NCBI GenBank assembly: GCA_002269645.1
Contig: NIVC01000803.1
Location: 1 to 64,000 of the forward strand
Source of the DNA: Macrostomum lignano
Taxonomy: Eukaryota
Reading direction: 5' to 3'
DNA: 64,000 bases
Shown here: one piece after another, positions 30,501-41,309 of the stretch
How the letters are laid out: the number at the start of each line of letters is the position of its first letter
How positions within the stretch are numbered: position 1 is the first letter of the stretch
Position numbers and translations under genes: made by a program
The notes under the pieces: generated by a model
Told to the model about the DNA's origin: nothing
Database searches by the model: none
The model's input: the letters and a program-made list of their open reading frames with translations, nothing else

Positions 30501-33500
30501 TCTCTCCTCCTCCCCCTCTCTCCTCCTTCCCTCTCTCCTCCTTCCCTCTCTCCTCCCTCCCTTCTCTCCTTTCCTCTCTCCTTCCCTCTCTCCTCCTTCC
30601 CTCTCTCCTCCTTCCCTCTCTCCTCCTTCCCTCTCTCCTCCTTCCCTCTCTCCTCCTCCCCCTCTCTCCTCCTCCCCCTCTCTCCTCCTTCCCTCTCTCC
30701 TCCTCTCTCTCCTCCCCCTCTCTCCTCCTTCCCTCTCTCCTCCTCCCCCTCTCTCCTCCTTCCCTCTCTCCTCCTTCCCTCTCTCCTCCTTCCCTCTCTC
30801 CTCCTCCCCCTCTCTCCTCCTTCCCTCTCTCCTCCTCCCCCTCTCTCCTCCTTCCCTCTCTCCTCCTCCCCCTCTCTCCTCCTTCCCTCTCTCCTCCTTC
30901 CCTCTCTCCTCCTTCCCTCTCTCCTCCTTCCCTCTCTCCTCCTCCCCCTCTCTCCACCTCCCCTCTCTCCTCCTCCCCTCTCTCCACCTCCCCTCTCTCC
31001 ACCTCCCCTCTCTCCACCTCCCCTCTCTCCACCTCCCCTCTCTCCTCCTCCCCTCTCTCCACCTCCCCTCTCTCCACCTCCCCCTCTCCTCCTCCCCTCT
31101 CTCTTCCTCCCCTCTCTCTTCCTCTCCTCCCCTCCCCCCTCCTTCCTTTGCTTCATGCTCTGCTCACTAATACACCAAATCAATTTGTTTCTTATCTCTT
31201 TCCTCTCTCCCACATTCTTCTCCAATATTCATTTCTCTCTCTCCTTTCGATTTCTTTCTCTCTTCTCGCGTTCTTGACTAACTTTTATTCCTCTAAGAAG
31301 TATCTGATATTGCAACAGAATGAGTACAAGCAGCACCCTAGCTATTTAAAGTGACTGGCGCCACTGACAGGCCAGCGGTCCAACAGCACCACCAAAGCCC
31401 TGAGCCGCAAGATCTGCTCGCACGTGCGCGACCAGCAAGTGTTCATCGTGTCCGAGAAATTCGTCCGGATTCAGCTGCACACAACCGGGCCTCGATATGT
31501 GCACTTCCGGTTGGTGTACACCAACGCTCTCCCGGGTGGGTGCCAGAATTCCGTGATTCATTAGAGAGACTTATGGAGAGTTAGAGTGACAGACTTATGT
31601 AGAGTTAGAGTGACAACCTTATGGAGAGTTAGAGTGACAGACTTATGGAGAGTTAGAGTGGCTGATTCAAAGCGGGTCAGAGAGTGTGACAGATTCAATG
31701 AGGGTCAGAGAGTGTGACAGATTCAATGAGGGTCAGAGAGTGTGACAGATTCAATGAGGGTTAGAGAGTGTGACAGATTCAATGAGGGTTAGAGAGTGTG
31801 ACAGATTCAATGAGGGTCAGAGAGTGTGACAGATTTAATGAGGGTCAGAGTGTGTGACAGATTTAATGAGGGTTAGAGAGTGTGACAGATTTAATGAAGG
31901 TCAGAGAGTGTGACAGATTCAATGAGGGTCAGAGAGTGTGACAGATTCAATGAGGGTCAGAGTGTGTGACAGATTTAATGAGGGTTAGCGTGTGACAGAT
32001 TTAATGAGGGTCAGAGAGTGTGACAGATTCAATGAGGGTCAGAGAGTGTGACAGATTCAATGAGGGTTAGAGAGTGTGACAGATTTAATGAGGGTCAGAG
32101 AGTGTGACAGATTCAATGAGGGTTAGAGAGTGTGACAGATTTAATGAAGGTCAGAGAGTGTGACAGATTCAATGAGGGTCAGAGAGTGTGACAGATTCAA
32201 TGAGGGTCAGAGTGTGTGACAGATTTAATGAGGGTTAGAGTGTGACAGATTTAATGAGGGTTAGAGTGTGACAGATTTAATGAGGGTTAGAGTGTGACAG
32301 ATTTAATGAGGGTCAGAGAGTGTGACAGATTCAATGAGGGTCAGAGAGTGTGACAGATTCAATGAGGGTCAGAGAGTGTGACAGATTCAATGAGGGTCAG
32401 AGAGTGTGACAGATTCAATGAGGGTTAGAGTGTGACAGATTCAATGAGGGTCAGAGAGTGTGACAGATTCAATGAGGGTCAGAGAGTGTGACAGATTCAA
32501 TGAGGGTCAGAGAGTGTGACAGATTCAATGAGGGTTAGAGAGTGTGACAGATTCAATGAGGGTTAGAGAGTGTGACAGATTCAATGAGGGTTAGAGAGTG
32601 TGACAGATTCAATGAGGGTTAGAGAGTGTGACAGATTCAATAGATTCAGTCGCTCCCCCACCGTCCACTGCAGCCTCGAAGTGCAAGCCGGACATGTTCA
32701 AATGCAAGAACAAGCGCCTGTGCGTAGGCAAGAGCCTGGTGTGCGATCGGCACAACAACTGCGGAGATTATAGCGACGAGAATCACGAGCTGAGACAGTG
32801 CCAGAGTGAGTCATTGATAAATTTTGTAAGAAATTCTAAGAAGTCTTGTAAAGATATGGGCAATATGATAACTCCCCATTGAGCCATAGCATCTCAGCAA
32901 CTCCCCATTGAGCCATGGCATCTCAGCAACTCACCATTGAGCCATGGTATCTCAGCAACTCCCCATTGAGCCATGGCATCTCAGCAACTCCCCATTGAGC
33001 CATGGTATCTCAGCAACTCACCATTGAGCCATGGTATCTCAGCAACTCACCATTGAGCCATGGTATCTCAGCAACTCCCCATTGAGCCATGGCATCTCAG
33101 CAACTCACCATTGAGCCATGGTATCTCAGCAACTCCCCATTGAGCCATGGTATCTCAGCAACTCCCCATTGAGCCATGGTATCTCAGCAACTCCCCATTG
33201 AGCCATGGTATCTCAGCAACTCCCCATTGAGCCATGGCATCTCAGCAACTCACCATTGAGCCATGGTATCTCAGCAACTCCTCATTGAGCCATGGTATCT
33301 CAGCAACTCCCCATTGAGCCATGGCATCTCAGCAACTCCCCATTGAGCCATGGCAGCTCAGCAACGCAAAATCTAGAACATACACATAGAAGGAATTTCT
33401 GCAGCAGTAATAACTTGCGCTCTTGACCTGCCCGCAGTTGTCACCTACTATCACGTGAACCTGGCCGTGTCCCTAGCTTGCAGTCTGATTGTCCTGCTGA

Positions 33501-33598
33501 CGTTGGGATTCGCCATTTTCTACTGCACAAGACCCCGCGAGCCGCGCTGGTATCGGCTGAGGAAAGCTGCGGCTGAGGAAGGGACGATGAAGGGCTGA
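24545..33598 (+). CDS. Type I membrane protein: signal peptide - CUB - LDL receptor class A - TM - short tail
   Basis: Exons 24545-24641 (MPGRGDPLRAAAILIALTLLLCTDGVQG), 30084-30296 and 31371-31535 (CUB: C...DCHLLLES.PGRQLVLSIENLQV...CDNYIQI...KIC...FRLVYT), 32674-32805 (LDLa CKPDMFKCKNKRLCVGKSLVCDRHNNCGDYSDE), 33438-33598 (TM LAVSLACSLIVLLTLGFAIFYC). All introns are phase 1. Confidence 0.85.
24771..27578. repeat. 16-bp minisatellite AGTGAGCGACTCAAT(C/T), about 175 units
   Basis: 2.8-kb near-perfect array with two interspersed variants. Confidence 0.97.
27590..28657 (-). CDS. Synaptotagmin-like C2-domain protein (clear C2A, degenerate second C2), nested antisense in an intron
   Basis: LGKLLLSFHYSKPQRKLTVKLLRAVGL...CPYVTLRFLP...TNRPVWLEAFEF...LLLEVRD...LLGRIVVPL follows the C2 strand pattern. 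A putative upstream exon at 29368-29271 has strong splice sites, but its phase join is unresolved. Confidence 0.7.
   Translation of the reverse strand: MTTATDSQALPLRTGEDAGLGKLLLSFHYSKPQRKLTVKLLRAVGLQPNDGKLCPYVTLRFLPVQAETNQLRTRARILTNRPVWLEAFEFNKFDESLLTADQRHLALLLEVRDECNSAGAEPRRRLLGRIVVPLRRLPPGSLRGDGVMFWRHLEAPAEADSEADEAAGLDLLRLALRIGRRSGRLSVGQLRFWRRNGGEAAQRVQLRLQLVLRATGELLADWWSRPALLRQRRQRRLRWKPAPASSLPTPVASWRDIARLAMPHGAAHTCALKLRAYRLTGTAGDDASAEEGKSTASELELGWAELSCSAGRLESWRCVWSRLVDGGDGGGWLVASLPLLTAEYPRASSSLKSSI
28710..28817 (+). mobile_element. SINE family A internal fragment
   Basis: CAGAGAGTGTACATGCC...AGGGCCG...CCCTGTGTGAGCG...GTACAGTATTGGCGC matches the 1.5-kb copy. Confidence 0.6.
28847..29256. 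repeat. 81-bp tandem repeat, about 5 copies
   Basis: GACTCAAATCTT... recurs with period 81. Confidence 0.9.
29737..30033 (+). mobile_element. tRNA-derived SINE, family A
   Basis: A-box-like AGCTCAGCGGTGAA and B-box GGTTCGAATC; shared body; tail TGCCTCTAATAA; possible 7-bp TSD AACATAA. Confidence 0.75.
30415..31145. repeat. CT-rich low-complexity repeat
   Basis: Direct reading. Confidence 0.9.
31560..32645. repeat. 28-bp minisatellite (GAGGGTCAGAGAGTGTGACAGATTCAAT)
   Basis: About 35 units. Confidence 0.95.
32870..33362. repeat. 29-bp minisatellite (ACTCCCCATTGAGCCATGGTATCTCAGCA)
   Basis: About 17 units. Confidence 0.95.
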
Positions 33599-33990
33599 TG
33601 AAGGGATGATGAAGGGACGATGAAGGGATGATGAAAGGATGGTTCATGGATGATGAATGGATGATGAAGGGACGATGAAGGGATGATGCATGGATGATGA
33701 AAGGACGAAAGGATGAAGAAAAGATGATGAAAGGATGATGAAGGGATGATGAAGGGACGATGAAGAGATGATGAAAGGAGGATGAAAGGATGATGAAGGG
33801 ATGATGCATGGATGATGAAAAAACGATAAAAGGATGATGAAGAGGTGATGAAAGGAGGATGAAAGGATGATGAAGGGATGATGCATGGATGATGAAAGGA
33901 CGATAAAAGGAGAATGAAGGGATGCTAAAGAGATGATGAAAGGTTTGATGAAGGGATCATGGAGGAATGATGAAGGGATGAAGAAAAGAC
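33580..33990. repeat. GATGA(A)-rich degenerate repeat overlapping the stop codon of the CUB-LDLa gene
   Basis: Direct reading. Confidence 0.85.
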
Positions 33991-34475
33991 AACTATATAA
34001 GGATTATGAATCATGGGCGGATGTAGTGGCGAGTTTTGAAGGGATGAAAGATCTTTAAAAAAACTTTGTACTCAGATTTTTCTGGTTTTTACTTTTTTCT
34101 TCAATTTTTCTCATCAATTATTCAATCAAAATTAGAATCTGCCTCTCAGTGCACAACATATCACATGTGTATACTTCGTATTATTTATATTGTTGTACTT
34201 TTATTTGGTCGAAATTTACTAAAAAAAAACTAGTAAACACATGCTTTGTCAACTATTGTGAATAAAAAATCGATAACGCTCTTCACTGTTGTTTCTAGTA
34301 TCTGGTGATATCCTCCAGATAATATACCGGTACATGGGGAACTAAGGATAGAGATTATACAGAGTCATTATCGTTATTTCAAATCAAATAACTGAAGGTT
34401 GATGATGATGAAGGGACTATGAAAGAATAGTGTATTATAGTGCCAGCACCACAGATATCAGCACTGTAAACATCA

Positions 34476-34640
34476 GCGTGTGAGTGTGTGCCTGTGCGTA
34501 TGACTTCGTACGTATCCGCGCGCTTGTGTGCCTGCTCAGGGGAGTCGGTGGAATGGGCTGCAATGCCTCTTGCTGGTTGTGTGAAAATGTCGCTGAAAGT
34601 GCACCAAGGTGCACACAGCCCCTGCCTCTAATGAAAATAG
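34476..34640 (+). mobile_element. SINE family A, 5'-truncated
   Basis: GTGTGAGTGTGTGCCTGTGCGTATGAC...GGAATGGGC...GGTGCACACAGCCCCTGCCTCTAAT matches the 41.9-kb copy. Confidence 0.75.
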
Positions 34641-34904
34641 CTAACGATACGTGTGCTTTTCTTCTGCGTGAAAGCTGGAAAGTATTGCCAATAGAGTCAA
34701 ATAAAAAAAAAACTGGTTACATTCCTAGCTTAGCGTGTCATACTAAAAGTGCGGAGCACGCGGATTTCAGAGTTACTAAAGTAAAAGTCAATGTGCGAAT
34801 AGCATGCTTTGCTAGTGTGCGCTCAGAGAGGAAGTGTAAGAAAGTGAGACATAAATGTTGAATTATTTAATTAAAAACATGAAAACGTATTTGCTTGTCT
34901 CCAA

Positions 34905-35418
34905 AACCATAGACAATCTACCATTATCTGCCTCCAGAACCATAGACACAATCTACCATTGTCTGCCTCCAGAACCATAGACACAATCTACCATTGTCTG
35001 CCTCCAAAACCATAGACACATTCTACCATTGTCTGCCTCCAAAACCATAGACACAATCTACCATTGTCTGCCTCCAAAACTATAGACACAATCTACCATT
35101 GTCTGCCTCCAAAACCATAGACACAATCTACCATTGTCTGCCTCCAAAACCATAGACACAATCGACCATTGTCTGCCTCCAAAACCATAGACACAATCGA
35201 CCATTGTCTGCCTCCAAAACCATAGACACAATCGACCATTGTCTGCCTCCAAAACCATAGACAAAATCGACCATTGTCTGCCTCCAAAACCATAGACACA
35301 ATCGACCATTGTCTGCCTCCAAAACCATAGACAAAATCGACCATTGTCTGCCTCCAAAACCATAGACAAAATCGACCATTGTCTGCCTCCAAAACCATAG
35401 ACAAAATCGACCATTGTT
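34905..35418. repeat. 35-bp minisatellite (AAAACCATAGACACAATCGACCATTGTCTGCCTCC); orphan units again at 36402-36470
   Basis: About 14 units, then roughly 1 kb of unrelated sequence, then the repeat resumes. Confidence 0.9.
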
Positions 35419-35619
35419 CCCTTTTGTCTATGGTTTCCGGCATTCATACTTGCGGTAACAATTTAATTGTTTGTCGGCTTTTTTCGATTGTTGCCGGATT
35501 TCAGACGAATGTATTTGGCTATCAAAACAAGGAACAACAATAGCAACACGGCGAAAGTGTTTCATAGTCACAAAAAGTTCTTAAGAACAAACCGATCGAA
35601 TCAATTGTTTTACTTTCCG

Positions 35620-35920
35620 TAAAAGTTGAATGTGCAGTTGTGGAACTGACCACCACAGAGGCTTCTCGGCAGGTCTTGGCCGCCCTCGGGTGCTTTCATC
35701 AGCTCGCCTCTATCAGACCCAGTTGTCACACTTTCGATGGTGGATTCCGCATCGTCGTCAATCTTGGTGACTTTGGACCCACGTGAAGCTTCCGTTGCGT
35801 CTCGGTCGATTTCGGCACTGAGTCACTCTCAAGTCGGTCCAACATTTCCAGATCTTCGCTACCTAGCTCAGGCAGCCCGTTGGAACTGGACGACGCATCC
35901 AGGTTGTCCATCTCCAGAAC
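35620..35920 (-). mobile_element. Probable internally deleted Crypton-like (DUF3504 tyrosine recombinase) remnant
   Basis: The N-terminal-like EDLEMLDRLESDSVPKSTETQRKLHV is joined in another frame to a C-terminus ending GGQFHNCTFNFYGK*. No catalytic region lies between them. Confidence 0.4.
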
Positions 35921-36939
35921 GTAGCGCGTGCTCGACTCTCGGGTGACAAAAGCCAACTCGTCCGTGGAGAGTCCACATATTTCTCCGCCAGGAATGTTTG
36001 CGTAGCGAATCATAGCTACTTTTCCTATTTGCACTCCGAATAGGAGAATTAATTCAAGCTCAAAATCAACTTTAGAATAAACTCATGGCAGCCAGGCTAG
36101 CTGTCTTCACTGTCCTTTAAATTTGCCATAAACGATTAATTATCTCTACAACCCTTTCATTTAGAGAGCAACTAAATTTGCCATAGACGATTGATTATCT
36201 CTACAACCCTTTCAAAGCGCATTCCGGCAACAATCGCATTTCATACTCAGCATCCGCACTATGTCTGGGCCATAGACAAGGGAAGTCAAAAGGGTACAAT
36301 AATGACATGTACCTAGCAATTGCGTAAGCTGAAGCCGCGGCTACAATCTACGCGGCTTCAGCTTACGCAATTGCTGCCGAAAAAAATCGGTATATATCGT
36401 TACATTGTCTGCCTCCAAAACCATAGACACAATCGACCATTGTCTGCCTCCAAAACTATGGACAATCTACAAACCATACCGTTTATGCATATGCTGTATA
36501 AATTATTATATATATTAATAAATTATCCGTGATTATTGGAGGCCAGGAAAAAAGCAAAATGACACATTTATTCATGAATTGATTAACTGCCCTTAATATA
36601 GGGAACCATTGATATTTTACGCGAGATGTGCATTTAAAAATGTAGCAATCTCAGCGATAAGTGATTGTTTTTCTTGCTCTCCGGTGTCAAAAATAATTAA
36701 ACGATTTTTCTAAGTGTTAATTAGAAGATTGCATGCAGTCGCGGTGCTTATCAACGAAAGTGATCTTTTGTGCATTGCTCTTAGCTATCACTGTTAATGG
36801 ATTACAGCAGCTAATAAAGAAATGTTCTGCATAGGGAGTGCCTAAGAAGTCAAACTACGGACGTTTTACTAAATTAGCTACGCAGAGCTTGCTAAAATCT
36901 GGCAGTTCAGTCGAGAGTTCAATAACCATCGATCCAATT

Positions 36940-38188
36940 CTATTGAAGCTTGGTATGAAAACACGATCTGTAACACTTTAGGATCAGTTGTTTTGTGTAG
37001 AACTCTCGCTGGTTGAGTGCAAAAATAATGCATATACAAAGCCTCTGATGACTCGGACATCCTGCTCCAGCGTACCAACCAAGCGCGATCATGTTTGCAG
37101 CCGTGAGCAGGATGTAGCTGATGAAGCAGATTGCATTCTTGTGACTCGCTATAAACCTTCCAAGTCTTCTGATCGTTGAGGGCGCATCCGAGGGCGCAGA
37201 TGAGGGAAGCGCTTTCAGAGCGGAAATGAAGGTGAACGCGATGAGGATGAGCATTTGTATCATGAGGAACAGACCGACTAGCGGGATCGTGTTCATGGAC
37301 TTCGGAGCCGACTGGGACGCGATCAGCACGTATAGAAGAATTATTAGTCATGGACATGATGATGGCAATGGACAGGTTCACCGGGTCGCTCTTGTCACCA
37401 GCCAGGAACATGATGCTTGCGAGCAGCGACAGCAGCTCGAACGGGACAATCACCAGCACAGCGTAGTACATCCACCTGCGCTTCAGGTGGAATTGTAAAT
37501 CCACCATATAAAAGTTGAAGTCAAGTGACTTTTCTTTGGACTGTTCACCAGTCACTTTCTCCAGATCCCACTCGCCGACCCGGGAAAGTTCCAGCCCATC
37601 GTACGTGGAGCTGTTGTAGTAAACAGACACCGATAGGTTAAAATGCGTGACGTCGGACGTTCCTGTGCTGACTTGAATGGCGCACAGCTGACTGTCGAAG
37701 GGGAAGTATCTCCCATCGATGGCGCATGCGAACTGCACCACTGCGAATGTGTAAATGCTAGCTTCTCCGGTTGGAAACAATAGAGCATCGGCGAACATTT
37801 CGCCCTTGGAGTTGAGGAACTCGACGTCCGGTAGCCAGAGGCTGTTTCTGTGGAGACGCAGCTGGTGCGGGCTGCCCGGCGATGACGAGTTCCAGGCGAG
37901 TCGAGGGTCAGTCCAGGAAATCCAAATCCAGCCAGAGAACTCCAGCAGCTCCTTTTCGTCCAGGCCGTAGATGGTGTTCAGATAAATCAACACCCTGACG
38001 TCTGTTTGGTAGCCGAAGTAGCTCGGAGACAGCAAGACGTGGCACTGCGGCAGCGCGTGCGGTCTGATGGACTCCGCCAGTGCGCGGCACGCAGGCACGT
38101 CAGCGTTTGTTGCCGGGTCGATGGCGCTTGAGCGCATGATACTGTGAACTAGTAGAAGCAGAGGCAGAATACATTTACAGGTTCGCAT
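36940..38188 (-). pseudogene. Cys-loop ligand-gated ion channel, array copy 1 (frameshifted)
   Basis: Signal peptide, WTDPRLAWN, WLPDV, Cys-loop CAIDGRYFPFDSQLC, M1-M4. A 10-nt insertion AAGAATTATT at 37336-37345 shifts the frame in M2. A 7-aa in-frame deletion follows GEMF. Confidence 0.85.
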
Positions 38189-38479
38189 CTTGCTGGCGCT
38201 CGTCTCGCAGTATGCAATAAAAATTTAGAAATTTGAGGCCTTCAGCCGCCAACAGAGTTCGACTAGCGTTTTTTACACTTACTCAGATTAATAATAATAT
38301 TGCTTGGTACAATTGCAGTTTATTTCATAGTTACTACTCATAGTAAGCCTAAAGACAACATCCATACAACATTAAAATAAATGACACTTTCCTGTCATTA
38401 AGCAATGTAATTGACAGCTTCTTATTATCTGAACACTCGGATAGCAAATGCAGAGTTTTCTGGTCCCGAAAATTGAGGA

Positions 38480-38910
38480 CGTTCTACATCTCTACCGATA
38501 GAAGAGTTCGAACCATGAACTGGGTTGCGACACAATGAGAACTGCGAGACCAAAGATCCCTTAGGAGAACAGCTGACCTGCTCAAAGTGCCATGTGGGGA
38601 GTAGAAAGTGAAGTTCAGTTACTTTTTAAGTGCAGTTGGAACTTTTACTGTATCGTGCTTCTCCGTGATAAACTTGAACAGGAAATCCCAGATAAAGTTC
38701 CGAATTAAAAAAACCTTACTGCAGAAGATTAAATATTTTACCTAATGACTCAAGAAGACATGATGGAAATGCTACCTAGAAAACTGCATCAAAGACATGA
38801 CACAAGCTAGAAAGCAACTTCATGAGGCTTCAGATTGTTACAGAAGAAAACAAGCATGAATAACACGAGATTTCACTCCCGTTAGGTCGAAAAGTATTTT
38901 TATTCACTAG
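38480..38910 (+). mobile_element. Decayed 3' fragment of an L2/CR1-like LINE
   Basis: Paralogous to 50440-50870 (GCGAGACCAAAGATCCCTTA...CAAAGTGCCAT...GTGAAGTTCA; terminal TTCACTCCC.GTTA.GTC). Confidence 0.65.
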
Positions 38911-39013
38911 CTTTTTGAATTTTTGCCTCGAGTAATATCATTAAATACCAGTACCCTCAGCGTGTTTTCAATAATAATCGTAGAAATAGTAATAATATTA
39001 GTATATTTAGATT

Positions 39014-39078
39014 TTGACTTAGCTGCAGGGCTGTCCCGGAGGGGACACAGCGGGAAGGCGCGGGCGCCCATTCCGCTA
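39014..39078 (-). mobile_element. 65-bp 3'-terminal LINE fragment with a 14-bp TSD
   Basis: Flanked by AGTATATTTAGATT at 39000-39013 and 39079-39092. The sequence matches the 3' end of the LINE at 9535-9605. Confidence 0.8.
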
Positions 39079-39349
39079 AGTATATTTAGATTAATAATAA
39101 GAATGTTAATGATGATGCTATTGTTACGTAAACTGCGCCCAACCTAGGATGGTGCATGCTTAAATACAAATTACCTCAAAAACTAGAGGTTCTAGTTGAT
39201 GGAATTTTCCAGAACGGCATCTGTGACACCCAGTTAAGCAAAAAACGATGAGGCTGCGAATGAAGGGCAATTTCTAGCTATGGTTAGCCTTAAATAGGCA
39301 GTTTGCTCTCCTGGCTACTATTTCTGTGTTTTTTGAAGGCTATTAGGCA

Positions 39350-39770
39350 CGGGTCTATGAGAGTTTCCTGCAGGAAGTTTTTCCGCGGAGGTTTTCCCGC
39401 AGGGTTTTTCCAATTGGATTTGAAATCTAGTCTTAGGCTAGTTCTAATCTAGTCCAGCATTGTCTATAGACTGGATTTGACTTGAGATTCCGACAGGAAA
39501 AACCCTGCGGGGAAATCTCGGCGGGGAAACCTCCAGCGGGGAAACCTCCAGCGGGGAAACCTCCAGCGGGGAAACCTCCAGCGGGGAAACCTCCAGCGGG
39601 AAACCTCCAGCGCGGACACCTCCAGCGGGGAAACCTCCAGCGGGAAACCTCCAGCGCGGAAACCTCCAGCGGGGAAACCTCCAGCGGGGAAACCTCCAGC
39701 GGGGAAATATCGGCGGGCAAGCCTCGGCGGGAAAACTTCCTGCGGGAAATTCTCGTGTTCCCTTAGGCAC
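39350..39770. mobile_element. Foldback/MITE-like element with a 15-bp repeat (GGGGAAACCTCCAGC) expanded in one arm
   Basis: GAGAGTTTCCTGCAGGAAGTTTTTCCGC is inverted against GCGGGAAAACTTCCTGCGGGAAATTCTC, and CCCGCAGGGTTTTTCC against GGAAAAACCCTGCGGG. Confidence 0.55.
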
Positions 39771-40154
39771 ATCTTTTAGACCCAGGGTCAGTTGACTTAT
39801 CTTCTCAACATACGCATTAGCGATAATAGCTGCTTTAATGAGGCTGCATTATTGCCTTGAAGCACAATCGTAGTAATGTGGAATCTCTACATAAATGTAC
39901 ACATGATGAATCTTTATGAAAATAAAAAAAATTAATTATATCACGTTCTACGAAATAAATGAGGAAGCATTGAGGAAAATAGCGTTGTGAGAAGAACCAT
40001 GGCATAGTAATCCAGCGCATAGTGAATCTTGGCTGAGGGATGAGATGTTTTTCTCTTAATTTCAAAGTCAAGAGATGTTGCAGCGTCTGATTCACAGCCA
40101 AACCATAGAACAATAAAACCAGTTGGTTCTTGCGCGCAAAGAAATGAATTGAAG

Positions 40155-41309
40155 TCAGATGTATACAAACACAATAATATTAATGATAGTAAGGCTGATG
40201 TAGCTTATAAAGCAGACAACATTTTTGTGCTTTGACAGAAACAAAATCAGTTTCTTCAGTTTAGATGGCGCCTCCGAGGTCGCAGACGAATAAGTGACTT
40301 TTAGAGCAGCGATGAAGGTGAACGCGATGAGAATGAGCATCTGAGCCATGAGGAACAGACCGACTAGCGGGATCGTGTTCATGGACTTCGGAGCCGACTG
40401 GGACGCGATCAGCACGTACAGAGTCATGGACATGATGATGGCGATGGACAGGTTCACCGGGTCGCTCTTGTCACCAGCCAGGAACATGATGCTTGCGAGC
40501 AGCGACAGCAGCTCGAACGGGACAATCACCAGCACAGCGTAGTACATCCACTTGCGCTTCAGGTGGAACTTGATGTTGGCGACATAAAGGCTGTCACCAG
40601 CGGCCACATATCGGGAAAGCGCATGAGTAACGCTTATCAGCTCCCACTCGCCGACCTGGTACAAATCCAGGCCCAGGTTCTCTGATTTGTTGTAGCTGAT
40701 AGACACCGACAATTTGAACCCGGAAGTGTCTGACGATACGGTGCCGAGTTGAGTGGCGCACAGCTGAGTGTCGAACGGGAAGTATCTCACATCGATGGCG
40801 CAGGCAAACTGAACAACTGCGAATGTGTAAATGCCGACTTCCCCAGTAGGAAAAATTACTGCGTCAGTGAACTTGGTGTTTCGGAGGTCAAACATCTCGC
40901 CCTTCGAATTAAGGAAGCCAACGTCTGGTAGCCACACGCTGCCCCGGTCGACTCGCAAGTACTGCGGGCTGCCTGGTGCTGAAGAATTCCAGGCCAGCCG
41001 AGGGTCAGTCCATGAAATCTGGAACCAAGCGGAGAACTCCAGCAGCTCCTTCTCGTCCAGGCCGTAGATAGTTTTCAGCAAGATGTGCACGCTGACGTTC
41101 GTTTGGTAGCCGAACTGGCTGGGGTACATCAACGTGTGGCACTGCGCCAGCGACTGCGGACCGATGGACTCCGACAGCGCTTGACACGCAGCAGTGGCCG
41201 CATCAGTGCTGGCTGCTGAGTTTGACTCTGAAACAGTCGCAAGCAAGAGCAGCACAGGCAGCAGTAATGTTGCTGTTGAAGACATTTTGTTGCCACCGGG
41301 ATGGTTCAT
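40155..41309 (-). CDS. Cys-loop ligand-gated ion channel subunit, array copy 2 (intact, intronless)
   Basis: 384-aa ORF: signal peptide, WTDPRLAWN, WLPDVGFLN, CAIDVRYFPFDTQLC, M1 YYAVLVIVPFELL, M2, M3, short loop, M4. Confidence 0.92.
   Translation of the reverse strand: MNHPGGNKMSSTATLLLPVLLLLATVSESNSAASTDAATAACQALSESIGPQSLAQCHTLMYPSQFGYQTNVSVHILLKTIYGLDEKELLEFSAWFQISWTDPRLAWNSSAPGSPQYLRVDRGSVWLPDVGFLNSKGEMFDLRNTKFTDAVIFPTGEVGIYTFAVVQFACAIDVRYFPFDTQLCATQLGTVSSDTSGFKLSVSISYNKSENLGLDLYQVGEWELISVTHALSRYVAAGDSLYVANIKFHLKRKWMYYAVLVIVPFELLSLLASIMFLAGDKSDPVNLSIAIIMSMTLYVLIASQSAPKSMNTIPLVGLFLMAQMLILIAFTFIAALKVTYSSATSEAPSKLKKLILFLSKHKNVVCFISYISLTIINIIVFVYI

Noticed and set aside
30387-31277. Pro/Ser/Leu-rich and Glu/Arg/Gly-rich ORFs
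   Set aside because: They are translations of an intronic CT-rich low-complexity tract.
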